A stretch of 64,000 bases of DNA from Dendrobates tinctorius (lineage: Eukaryota), in assembly GCF_039654945.1 (NCBI RefSeq), contig NW_027361798.1:3720001-3784000 (forward strand). The letters are read 5' to 3'. Shown piece after piece: positions 52,501-64,000 of the stretch. The notes under the pieces were generated by a model. It was given only the letters and a program-made list of their open reading frames with translations. It was not told where the DNA came from and did not search any database. Position 1 is the first letter of the stretch, and every line of letters starts with the position of its first letter. The position numbers and the translations under genes were made by a program.

Positions 52501-55500
52501 ATAGGGAATTATACCCACTGTGCCAAGCACTAATAGGGGATTATACCCACTGTGCCAAGCACTAATAGGGGATTATACCCACTGTGCCAAGCACTAATAG
52601 GCAATTATACCCACTGTGCCAAGCACTAATAGAGGATTATACCCACTGTGCCAAGCACTAATAGAGGATCATACCCACTGTGCCAAGCACTAATAGGGGA
52701 TTATACCCACTGTGCCAAGCACTAATAGAGGATTATACCCACTGTGCCAAGCACTAATAGGGGATTATACCCACTGTGCCAAGCACTAATAGAGGATCAT
52801 ACCCACTGTGCCAAGCACTAATAGGGGATTATACCCACTGTGCCAAGCACTAATAGGGGATTATACCCACTGTGCCAAGCACTAATAGAGGATTATACCC
52901 ACTGTGCCAGGCACTAATAGGGGATTATACCCACTGTGCCAGGCAATAATAGAGGATTATACCCACTGTGCCTAGCACTAATAGGGAATTATACCCACTG
53001 TGCCAAGCACTAATAGAGGATTATACCCACTGTGCCAAGCACTAATAGGGGATTATACCCACTGTGCCAAGCACTAATAGAGGATCATACCCACTGTGCC
53101 AAGCACTAATAGGGGATTATACCCACTGTGCCAAGCACTAATAGGGGATTATACCCACTGTGCCAAGCACTAATAGAGGATTATACCCACTGTGCCAGGC
53201 ACTAATAGGGGATTATACCCACTGTGCCAGGCACTAATAGAGGATTATACCCACTGTGCCTAGCACTAATAGGGGATTATACCCACTGTGCCAAGCACTA
53301 ATAGAGGATTATACCCACTGTGCCAGGCACTAATAGGGGATTATACCCACTGTGCCAGGCACTAATAGAGAATTATACCCACTGTGCCTAGCACTAATAG
53401 GGAATTATACCCACTGTGCCAAGCACTAATAGGGAATTATACCCACTGTGCCAAGCACTAATAGGGAATTATACCCACTGTGCCAAGCACTAATAGGGAA
53501 TTATACCCACTGTGCCAAGCACTAATAGGGGATTATACCCACTGTGCCAAGCACTAATAGGGGATTATACCCACTGTGCCAAGCACTAATAGGGAATTAT
53601 ACCCACTGTGCCAAGCACTAATAGAGGATTATACCCACTGTGCCAAGCACTAATAGAGGATCATACCCACTGTGCCAAGCACTAATAGGGGATTATACCC
53701 ACTGTGCCAAGCACTAATAGAGGATTATACCCACTGTGCCAAGCACTAATAGGGGATTATACCCACTGTGCCAAGCACTAATAGAGGATCATACCCACTG
53801 TGCCAAGCACTAATAGGGGATTATACCCACTGTGCCAAGCACTAATAGGGGATTATACCCACTGTGCCAAGCACTAATAGAGGATTATACCCACTGTGCC
53901 AGGCACTAATAGGGAATTATACCCACTGTGCCAAGCACTAATAGGGGATTATACCCACTGTGCCAGGCACTAACAGAGGATTATACCCACTATATCATGC
54001 GCTAATAGAGGATTATTCCCATTGTGCCAAGCACTTACAGCAGAGGATTTTACCCACTGTGCCAAGCACTAATACAAGAGGATTTTACTCACTGTTCAAA
54101 GCAGTAATAGAGGATTATACCCACTATGCCAATTACTAATAGAGCATTATATTCACTGTGCCAGGCAATAATAGGGGATTATACCCACTGTCTCAAGCAC
54201 TAATTCCAGAGGATTATATTCACTGTGCCAAGGACTAATACCAGAGGATTATACCCCCTGTGCCAAGCACTATTACCAGAGGATTTTACTCACTGTGACG
54301 AAAAATAATAGAGGATTATACCCCCTGTGCCAAGCACTAACAGCAGATTATTTTACCCACTGTTCCAGGCACTAATACCAGAGGATTATATTCACTGTGC
54401 CAAGCACTAATTCCAGAGGATTTTACCCACTGTGCAAAGTACTAATGGCAGATTATAACCACTATCTCAAGCACTAATACCAGAGGATTTTATTCACTGT
54501 TCCAAGCACTAATAGATGATTATACCCACTATGCCAAGAACTAATAGAGCAATATATTCACTGTGCCAGGCAATAATAGGGGATTACACCCACTGTGTCA
54601 AGCACTAATTCCAGAGGATTATATTCACTGTGCCAAGGACTAATACCAGAGGATAGTACCCACTGTGCCAAGCACTAATTCAGGGTTATATTCACTGTGC
54701 CAAGAACTAATAGAGTATTTTGCCCACAGTGAAAAGTACTAATAGCAGATTATACCCACTGTCTCAAGCATTAATAGAAGATTATACCCACTGTGCCAAG
54801 CACTAATACCAGAGGATTATGCCCATTGTGCGAGGCACTAATAGAGGATTATATCCACTGTGCCAAGTACTAACAGCATATTATACCCACTGTCTCCAGA
54901 ACTAATGCAGGATTATACCCACTGTGCCAATCACTAATAGAGGATTATACCCACTGTGCCAAGCACTAATAGAGGATTATGCCCACTGTGTCAAGCACTA
55001 ATAGAGGATTATACCCATTGAGCCAAGCAGTAATAGCAGAGGATTTTTACCCACTGTGCCAAACACTAATAGAGGATTTTATGCCCACTTTACCAAGCAC
55101 TAATAGAGGATTATACCCACTGTGCCAAGCACTAAAAGAGGATTATACCCATTGTGCCAAGAACTAACAGAAGATGATTTTACACACTGTGCCAAGCAAG
55201 GAGAGAGCAGAAGAAATTTTTGAACCCCTCTCCATAATCTTTGAAAATTCTTGGAGAACAGGAGAAGTGCCAGAAGACTGGAGAAGAGCAAATGTTGTTC
55301 CTATCTTCAAAAAGGGGAAGAAGGTGGACCCAGGCAACTATAGGCCGGTGAGTCTGACTTCTATACCAGGAAAGATCTTTGAACAAATTATTAAACAACA
55401 TGTATGTCAGTACCTGGATAAGAATGAAGTGATTAAACAGAGTCAGCATGGGTTTGTAACTAATAAGTCATGTCAGACTAACTTAATTTCCTTCTATGAT

Positions 55501-57146
55501 AGAATCACTGATTGGGTGGATCAAGGAAATGCTGTAGATATAGTATATCTTGACTTCAGCAAAGCATTTGACAAAGTCTCTCATACAATCCTTATTGAAA
55601 AAATGACTAAGTATGGAATGGACAAGGCAACTGTTAGGTGGATTCATAACTGGCTTAGTGATCGGACCCAAAGAGTGGTCGTAAATGGCTGCACATCCAG
55701 TTGGAAGAATGTCTCAAGTGGGGTACCACAGGGCTCTGTCCTGGGCCCTGTATTGTTCAACATCTTTATCAATGATTTAGATGAAGGAATTGAGGGTAAA
55801 CTAATCAAATTTGCTGATGACACAAAGCTAGGAGGGATAGCTAATACTAGAGAAGAGAGAGAGAGGATTCAAAAAGATTTAAATAAACTGGAGCAGTGGG
55901 CAGCAACTAACAGAATGGTTTTTAACAGGGAGAAATGCAAAGTACTACATCTGGGCAATAAAAATGAAAAAAGCATATATAGAATGGGAGGAATAGGGCT
56001 AAGTGACAGCACATGTGAAAAAGACTTGGGTATACTAATAGATCACAGACTGAATATGAGTCAACAGTGTGATGCAGCAGCAAAAAAGGCAAATGCAGTT
56101 CTAGGATGTATTAACAGAAGCATACAGTCTAGATCACGTGAAGTCATTATTTCCCTCTACTCCTCTTTGGTCAGACCTCATCTGGAATATTGTGTCCAGT
56201 TTTGGGCACCACATTTTAAAAAAGACATCAACAAACTGGAGCAAGTTCAGAAAAGAGCGACCAGAATGGTGACCGGTCTGCAAACCCTGTCTTATGAGGA
56301 AAGGTTGCAGGATTTGGGAATGTTTAGCGTGCAAAAGAGAAGACTGAGAGGAGACTTAATAGCTGTCTACAAATATCTAAAGGGCTGTCACATTGTAGAA
56401 GGATCAACTTTATTCTCATTTGCACAAGGAAAGACTAGAAGCAATGGGATGAAACTGAATGGGAGGAGACACAGATTAGATATTAGAAAAAACTTTTTGA
56501 CAGTTAGAGTGATCAATGAGTGGAACAGGCTGCCACGAGAAGTGGTGAGTTCTCCTTCAATGGAAGTCTTCAAACAGAGGCTGGACAGACATCTGACTGG
56601 GATGATTTAGCGAATCCTGCTTTGAGCAGGGGGTTGGACCAGATGGCCCAGGAGGTCCCTTCCAACTCTACGATTCTATGATTCTATGATTCTAATACCA
56701 GAGGATTTTACCCACTGTGCAAAGTACTAATGGCAGATTATAACCACTGTCTCAAGCACTAATACCAGAGGATTTTACTAACTATTCCAAGCACTAATAG
56801 ATGATTATACCCACTATGCTAAGAGCTAATAGAGCATTATATTCACTGTGCCAGGCACTAATAGGGGATTATACCCACTGTCTCAAGCCTTAATAGAAGA
56901 TTATACCCACTGTGCCTAGCACTAATACCAGGGGATTATGCCCATTGTGCCAAGCACTAAAAGAGGATTATACCCACTGTGTCAAGTACTAATAGCAGAT
57001 TATACCCACTGTTTCAAGTACTAATACAGGATTATACCCACTGTACCAAACACTAATAGAGGATCTTACCCACTGTGCCAAGCACTAATAGAGGATTATA
57101 CCCCCTGTGCCAAGCACTAACAGCAGAGGATTTTACCCACTGTGCC
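43588..57146 (+). repeat. Large 32-bp satellite array with a 3131-bp higher-order repeat (x3, ~45200-54578), interrupted by CR1
   Basis: Marker TATCATGC at 47731, 50862, 53993; variant GGCAATT (C) at 46340, 49471, 52602. Confidence 0.97.
55198..56694 (+). mobile_element. CR1 LINE, 5'-truncated, RT frame open
   Basis: NYRPVSL, DFSKAFD, GVPQGSVLGP, FADD; stop at 56610; (ATTCTATG)n tail. Confidence 0.96.
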
Positions 57147-60100
57147 CATAATGCTTCAGGTAACCAAGCAAGGCTGGGATTATCGGCTCTGTGGTTGGAT
57201 CGTCGCCCACACAGAGGATCCGGCCCGGTGATTGTACAGAGACTAATGTTGAGCATTCCGATACCGCAAGTATCGGGTATCGGCCGATATTCGCGGTATC
57301 GTAATTCCGATACTGAGTACCGATACTTTTAGCATATCGAATACCGGAATCGGAAGTTCCCATAATGCTATCAGCCCGCTCGCTTTGATTCAGCCAATGG
57401 GAATCCTCAGAAGTGTGGGCATATCCTGTTAGGCATGTAGGCATGTTAACTAATGGCATGGCTGTGATTGGCTGCTGAAATGGTGTCATGATGCACTATA
57501 AAAGCCGCCCCCATTCTGGGTTCACTCTGCTGTGAATTCAGTTAGGGACAGGCTGCTGATCAAGACTGTGAGGGACAGTTAGAGATAGCGATTTGCTATA
57601 TTGTGCTTTACCCAGGCTACTTTTGCAATCACCTGAGCTTTCTTTTGCCTTGCAGCGCTGTTCACAGCTGTCTGCAAGGTCTGCAGCTCACGGTGTAGTG
57701 TGTTCTGCAGCCACCACTGGTTGTAGGCCGCTCAGCGTGCGTCACTGCCTCATACTGTATATGTTTTTTTTTATTGCTGCTCATTTTTCCTGATTTCTCC
57801 TATTAGTGTGCATCCATCCGTATCCATATACATTGGTTGCAAACACTATAGGAGTAGACAGCGGAGCCTTTCTGCAGCCTGTCAGTGCTAGTGCCCAGTT
57901 CTCTGCACTGTTCACGGCTGTCTGTGAGGTCTCTGTGTGAGTGCAGCTCACGTTGTAGTGTGTTCTGCAGCCACCTCTGGTTGTAGTCCGCTCAGCGTGC
58001 GTCACTGCCTCATACATAGTCCTTTCTTTGTTTTATTGCAGCTCATTTTTCCTGATTTTTTTCTCCTGTTAGTGTGCTTCCATCCGTATCCATGTACATT
58101 GGTTGGTTGCAAACACTATATAGGAGTAGATAGAGGAGCCTTTCTGTTGGCTTGTGCCCTGCAGCCGCAGCCAGATTAGTATTAGCCTATTTTTGGGAGC
58201 CTCATCTATTGCATTGTAGGTTACCTTCCTGCATTGTAATAGCTCCAAAAAGTTAGAGATACTATCACTTTCAAATTTTTGGTCACATCCTTTTTGTTTT
58301 TTAAAAAAAAAACCACGTAAATAAAGTTCACCCAACACTCCACTTGACAGTTGTGTAGGCCACATTAGCTCCCATTAAAGTGTAGTCCACACACTTTATA
58401 AAATTAGTGTTTCTTATACCTGTAACCAGCTGTTCAGGAATAAGCACACTAAGGCCCCCCTTTGTACTTTTCTGCCTGTCTTTATCAGTCTATCAAGATG
58501 AAGAAGGCAGGGAGTAAGGCACGTGGTCGTGGGCGTGGAGTTTCAGCAGGTAGAGGAGGTGGGGATTCTGCAGGGAGAGGACGTAGGGATTCTGTGCCTG
58601 CTGTTGGCACCAGTGAGTCAGCATCCCCCAGTTTTAGCAGGCAACAGTCCTTTATGCACAGCTTTGTAGGACCTCGCCGTGCCCCACTGCTGCGGGACAA
58701 ACAAATTGAAGCAGATGTTGGATGGATGGCAGCTAACGCATCGAATTCAATGACTTCCACATCCTCTCAGGGCCAGAGCACCGAAGAGCAACCATCTGTC
58801 TCTTCACCACCTGCCAAAGTGCCCAGGCAGTGAGATAGCCCTGGACAGGAGCCATCTCAATCTTTACTTCTGTTCTCAGAATCTGTTGGCTTGGAAAGAG
58901 GGGGCCAGCCAAGCAGCATTCTAGAGTGTGAAGAAGAGGGAGTATGCAGTGATGCGCAACTGCTTTGTCCCTCAGAATCTGAAGAGGCGGGTGGGCCAGT
59001 GCCTATGGTCAGCACACCTCTGTACGCCTCACATGATGAGACTCAGGTGCCACTTTCTGTTGCGTACGGTGCTGGCGAGACAACCCAGGAGAAGCAGGTG
59101 TTTGAAAAGGGGAGTGTAGATGATGAGGTCCTTGACCCATCATGGCGTGAGGAACAGGAAGGTGGTGGGAGCAGCTCTGAGGAAGAGATTCCCCGAACGG
59201 CCAAGACAGGAGGGAGGGGGCAGACTTGGTTGCCTGTAGCCTCCACTTCGGCACCCGTTAGGAGCATTCCTCTTCCAAAACCCAAAACGTGCACTCCCAG
59301 GAATTGCAGTGCGTGGTCCTTTTTTGACACAGTTGCAGATGACATTTGCTTTGTCAAATGCAAGCTGTGTCATCAGAAAGTCAAAAGAGGGAAAAGTGTC
59401 AGCAACCTCAATACCACAAATATGTGGAAACATGTGCGGACCAAGCACAAGCTTGAGTTACACAGACACACTGAAGACGTAGGCCAACGTACAGCACCAC
59501 CTACCACCTCTTCAGCTCGTGTTGGGGCCTCTTCCTCCAGCTCACACACAGCTGGTTCGGCTTCCTCACAGGATCGCCAAGGAAGAACCTCTGGCACTGT
59601 TGTCCGGAGACCCTGTGACATTCCATCCACAGCACCACGTTCTCAGTCATCCTCACTCCCAGGCCACTCTACAGCCATCGGTAGCACAGGCATGGGAGAA
59701 AAGGCGGCCATACTCGGCAAACCATCCCCGAGCACAGGCTCTGAATGCTGGCATTGCAAAACTACTGGCCCTTGAAATGCTCTCATTCAGGCTAGTGGAG
59801 ACTGACACCTTCCGGGACTTCATGGCATTGGCAGTCCCACAATACAATGTGCCCAGCTGCTTTTATTTCAGCAGGCGAGCCGTCCCTGCCCTGCAAAAGC
59901 ATGTGGAGGCAAACATAAAACATGCGCTACTAAACGCCGTCAGTAGCAAGGTCCACCTGACCACCGATGTGTGGACCAGTAACCATGGACAGGGACGAGA
60001 CCTTTCCCTCACTGCCCATTGGGTCAATGTTGTGGAGCCGGGTACAGATCTGGAGAGTGGCGCTGTACGTGTTCTGCCAACTCCACGGATTGCAGGAATC

Positions 60101-60270
60101 CAGTCTGTACACATAGACTCCTCATCCTACTCAAGTTCCTCTGAAACAGCAGAGCAGGAGCCTGTTACGACCGATATGAGAACAGCCGTGGCCAAACGTC
60201 AACAGGCTGTACTGAAATTAATCTTTTTGGGGAATCGAAGCCACACAGCGCAGGAGCTCTGGAATGCCAT

Positions 60271-60655
60271 AAACCAGGGGAAGAGTCTTGAGGAGATCAT
60301 TTGCATATTCCCAGTGCCTTCTGGGATAAGTGAAGAGTCTCCGCGAGCTCAACGATCACTGGGTTTTGGCCGTTGCAGCTGAAAAGAGGAAATCGGAAAA
60401 CCAGGGGAAGAGTCTTGAGGAGATCATTTGCATATTCCCAGTGCCTTCTGGGATAAGTGAAGAGTCTCCGCGAGCTCAACGATCACTGGGCTTTGGCCGT
60501 TGCAGCTGAAAAGAGGAAATCGGAAAACCAGGGGAAGAGTCTTGAGGAGATCATTTGCATATTCCCAGTGCCTTCTGGGATAAGTGAAGAGTCTCCGCGA
60601 GCTCAACAATCACTGGGTTTTGGCCGTTGCAGCTGAAAAGAGGAAATCGGAAAAA
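60271..60655 (+). repeat. 127-bp x3 CR1 5' UTR monomers with octamer motif
   Basis: aaaccagggg at 60271, 60398, 60525; ATTTGCAT at 60299, 60426, 60553. Confidence 0.92.
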
Positions 60656-60716
60656 CTGCGCGCCTTTCGGCGCGCGAATTTGGGCTCATCTTTCATCGTT
60701 TTTAAGAAATCTCAAG

Positions 60717-61679
60717 ATGGAAGAGGCCAGGAGCCATTTGGTGAGCTGCATTTCTTGCTACATGTTCACAGACTTACCAGTGGAAAAGCCAAACTTCACA
60801 TGCCACAAATGCAAGCTTGTGTCCCTGTTGGAGGAAAAGTTGCAAAATCTCGAAGCGAGGTTAGCTACGTTGAAGATCATTAAGGAAGGTGAAGAGTTCT
60901 TGGACAGAGCAGAATTATCTCTTCATGTTACAGAAAGAGAAGAAATTCGAAGTGCACCTGAAGAAACAGAGGAATGGAGACATGTGACCCAGAGAAGCAG
61001 GAGGATCAGGAGGCAGTCAGCACCCATACTGCTCAGAAACCAGTACCAGGCTCTCACGCAGGAAAACGATGAAGAAATACATCAGGATAAGACTTTGCCA
61101 ACAAGCAGCAACCTTGTACGCCTTCAGAGTCCTCCTGGATGGAGAAAGAAAAATGTTGTGAAGAAGAAACGGAGAGTGGTGGTCATGGGGGATTCCCTGT
61201 TGAGAGGAACTGAGGCCGCTATCTGCAGACCGGATATAACTTCAAGAGAAATGTGTTGTCTTCCAGGTGCAAAAATTAAAGATGTGTCTGACAGGATATC
61301 AGGACTCTTCAGACCTACAGATGACTACCCATTCCTGCTACTACATGTGGGGACAAATGACACCGCAAGAAACGACCTGGAAACCATCTGCAGAGACTTT
61401 GAAGACTTAGGCAAGAAAGTGAAAGAACTGGGAGCGCAGGTGGTCTTCTCTTCCATCCTCCCAGTGGATGGCCATGGAACAAGGAGGTGGAATAAGATTC
61501 TGCAGGTGAACAACTGGCTACGTCGATGGTGCCGTCAGCAACGATTTGGATTTCTGGATCACGGAGTGAACTACTTATACGATGGACTACTTGCTAGAGA
61601 TGGGGTGCACCTTACGAAGACTGGAAAGCAGGTATTTGGAAGTCGCCTTGCTACACTTGTAAGGAGAGCTTTAAACTAG
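60717..61679 (+). CDS. CR1 ORF1 (CxxC-CxxC finger, coiled coil, SGNH/GDSL esterase)
   Basis: CISC..CHKC, MGDSLL, VGTND, DGVH; ends RALN*. Confidence 0.9.
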   Translation: MEEARSHLVSCISCYMFTDLPVEKPNFTCHKCKLVSLLEEKLQNLEARLATLKIIKEGEEFLDRAELSLHVTEREEIRSAPEETEEWRHVTQRSRRIRRQSAPILLRNQYQALTQENDEEIHQDKTLPTSSNLVRLQSPPGWRKKNVVKKKRRVVVMGDSLLRGTEAAICRPDITSREMCCLPGAKIKDVSDRISGLFRPTDDYPFLLLHVGTNDTARNDLETICRDFEDLGKKVKELGAQVVFSSILPVDGHGTRRWNKILQVNNWLRRWCRQQRFGFLDHGVNYLYDGLLARDGVHLTKTGKQVFGSRLATLVRRALN

Positions 61680-61715
61680 AACAACATGGGAAGGGAAGCA
61701 AAAGACCAGAAAAAG

Positions 61716-63100
61716 CCCTCTCTATAATCTTTGAAAATTCTTGGAGAACAGGAGAAGTGCCAGAAGACTGGAGAAGAGCAAATGTTGTTCCTATCTTCAA
61801 AAAGGGGAAGAAGGTGGACCCAGGTAACTATAGGCCGGTGAGTCTGACTTCTATACCAGGAAAGATCTTTGAACAAATTATTAAACAACATGTATGTCAA
61901 TACCTGGATAAGAATGAAGTGATTAAACAGAGTCAGCATGGGTTTGTAACTAATAAGTCATGTCAGACTAACTTAATTTCCTTCTATGATGGTATCACTG
62001 ATTGGGTGGATCAAGGAAATGCTGTAGATATAGTATATCTTGACTTCAGCAAAGCATTTGACAAAGTCTCTCATACAATCCTTATTGAAAAAATGATTAA
62101 GTATGGAATGGACAAGGCAACTGTTAGGTGGATTCATAACTGGCTTAGTGATCGGACCCAAAGAGTGGTCGTAAATGGCTGCACATCCAGTTGGAAGAAT
62201 GTCTCAAGTGGGGTACCACAGGGCTCTGTCCTGGGCCCTGTATTGTTCAACATCTTTATCAACGATTTAGATGAAGGAATTGAGGGTAAACTGATTAAAT
62301 TTGCTGATGACACAAAGCTAGGAGGGATAGCTAATACTAGAGAAGAGAGAGAGAGGATTCAAAAAGATTTAAATAAACTGGAGAAGTGGGCAGCAACTAA
62401 CAGAATGGTTTTTAACAGGGAGAAATGCAAAGTACTACATCTGGGCAATAAAAATGGAAAAAGCATATATAGAATGGGAGGAATAGGGCTAAGTGACAGC
62501 ACATGTGAAAAAGACTTGGGTATACTAATAGATCACAGACTGAATATGAGTCAACAGTGTGATGCAGCAGCAAAAAAGGCAAATGCAATTCTAGGATGTA
62601 TTAACAGAAGCATACAGTCTAGATCACGTGAAGTCATTATTTCCCTCTACTCCTCTTTGGTCAGACCTCATCTGGAATATTGTGTCCAGTTTTGGGCACC
62701 ACATTTTAAAAAAGACATCAACAAACTGGAGCAAGTTCAGAAAAGAGCGACCAGAATGGTGACCGGTCTGCAAACCCTGTCTTATGAGGAAAGGTTGCAG
62801 GATTTGGGAATGTTTAGTTTGCAAAAGAGAAGACTGAGAGGAGACTTAATAGCTGTCTACAAATATCTAAAGGGCTGTCACATTGTAGAAGGATCAACTT
62901 TATTTTCATTTGCACAAGGAAAGACTAGAAGCAATGGGATGAAACTGAATGGGAGGAGACACAGATTAGATATTAGAAAAAACTTTTTGACAGTTAGAGT
63001 GATCAATGAGTGGAACAGGCTGCCACGAGAAGTGGTGAGTTCTCCTTCAATGGAAGTCTTCAAACAGAGGCTGGACAGACATCTGACTGGGATGATTTAG
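61716..63100 (+). CDS. CR1 ORF2 reverse transcriptase portion (no APE endonuclease)
   Basis: Open frame with QGSVLGP and FADD, nearly identical to 55225-56610. Confidence 0.85.
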
Positions 63101-64000
63101 CGAATCCTGCTTTGAGCAGGGGGTTGGACCAGATGGCCCAGGAGGTCCCTTCCAACTCTACGATTCTATGATTCTAATGTAAGGAGAGCGACGTGTGGTT
63201 TGTGCCAGCGAATCTCCAGCCGGGCTTGGTAGTGTGTGACAATGGCCGAAATCTGGTGGCAGCTCTTGGCCTAGGCAACCTCACTCACATACCATGTCTG
63301 GCACATGTGCTGAACTTGGTCGTGCAGAGCTTTCTGAGGGACTATCCGGATCTTGATGCACTGCTGCACTAGGTCCGCATAGAGTGCGCTCACTTGCGGC
63401 GTTCCAGCACGGCAAGATCGCGCCTTGCTGCTCTGCAGCGCCGATTACGCCTTCCGGAACATCGCATCATATGTGACCTACCCACCAGGAGGAATTCAAC
63501 GTTACATATGTTGGAGCGGTTGTGTGAGCAGCAGGCAGCAGTAATGGAGTACCAGCTGCATCAGGCGCAAACAAGTCGCACTGTGCGCCGGTCACACTTC
63601 AGCACCACTGAGTGGGCCTCTATGAAGGACATCTGCTTCGTTTTGCGTGCCTTCGCTGACTCCACGCGGATGGCCAGTGCAGATGATGCACTAATCAGCA
63701 TGACTGTCCCCCTTATCTGCATGCTTCAAAAAACACCGCAAGCACTAAGGGAGGAGGTTTTGGAAGAGGTGGAGGATGAGGAGTCCCAAATGCCATCTGC
63801 TTCTGGACAGTCTGCACTACGTGCTTCCTCACAAAGACCTAGGCAAGGGACACAGTGTGAGGAGGATGAGGAGGAGTCGATGGAGGAGGAAGACATCTCT
63901 CCAGAGGAGGGAGGTACACAAAGCTCTAGTAGTCAGTATGTACAGCGAGGGTGGGGTGATGCAGAGCAGTTACAGATGACGACTCAAGCAGGGGACAGAG

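Larger units (their letters stand above)
60271..63176 (+). mobile_element. CR1 LINE with 5' UTR, ORF1 and RT but endonuclease deleted
   Basis: 5' monomers, esterase ORF1, junction ~61715 directly into RT, ATTCTATG tail; hAT-B resumes at 63182. Confidence 0.93.
57244..64000 (+). mobile_element. hAT family B copy 2 (left terminus intact, runs off the window, CR1 inserted)
   Basis: TAATGTTGAGCATTCCGATACC at 57244; inverted duplicate of hAT-B copy 1 from 28992 inward; ATG 58498, TGA 58831-58833, frameshift ~59645. Confidence 0.92.

Noticed and set aside
43588-57146. CRISPR-like ~32-bp periodic array
   Set aside because: Monomers are directly tandem with no unique spacers, there are no cas genes, and the context is eukaryotic.

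Overview
Vertebrate genomic DNA. An anuran amphibian is my guess from the TE families; this is not verified. The window is a rearranged, replication-dependent histone locus (three H4 genes, one H3.2, all with 3' stem-loops) embedded in a 32-bp satellite and nested transposons. These comprise two chromovirus-like Gypsy fragments, two hAT families (two copies each), three CR1 LINEs, a Harbinger MITE and two full-length PIF/Harbinger elements. The main structure is a large imperfect palindrome centred at ~36012: hAT-B, satellite, H4, satellite, Harbinger | Harbinger, satellite, H4, spacer, 13.5-kb satellite, hAT-B. Its inner junction sits exactly at a Harbinger TIR and a TAA target one satellite monomer from the original insertion, which suggests alternative transposition duplicated histone DNA. 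Other signals: a Tf1-type self-priming pair in a Gypsy LTR; a CR1 with octamer-containing 5' monomers, a U-UUA-AAC slippery site and a frame-preserving loss of the endonuclease; an H3 promoter fused at its CCAAT box to a hAT promoter; and a 3131-bp higher-order repeat in the satellite. All comparisons were made by eye; no database searches were run.
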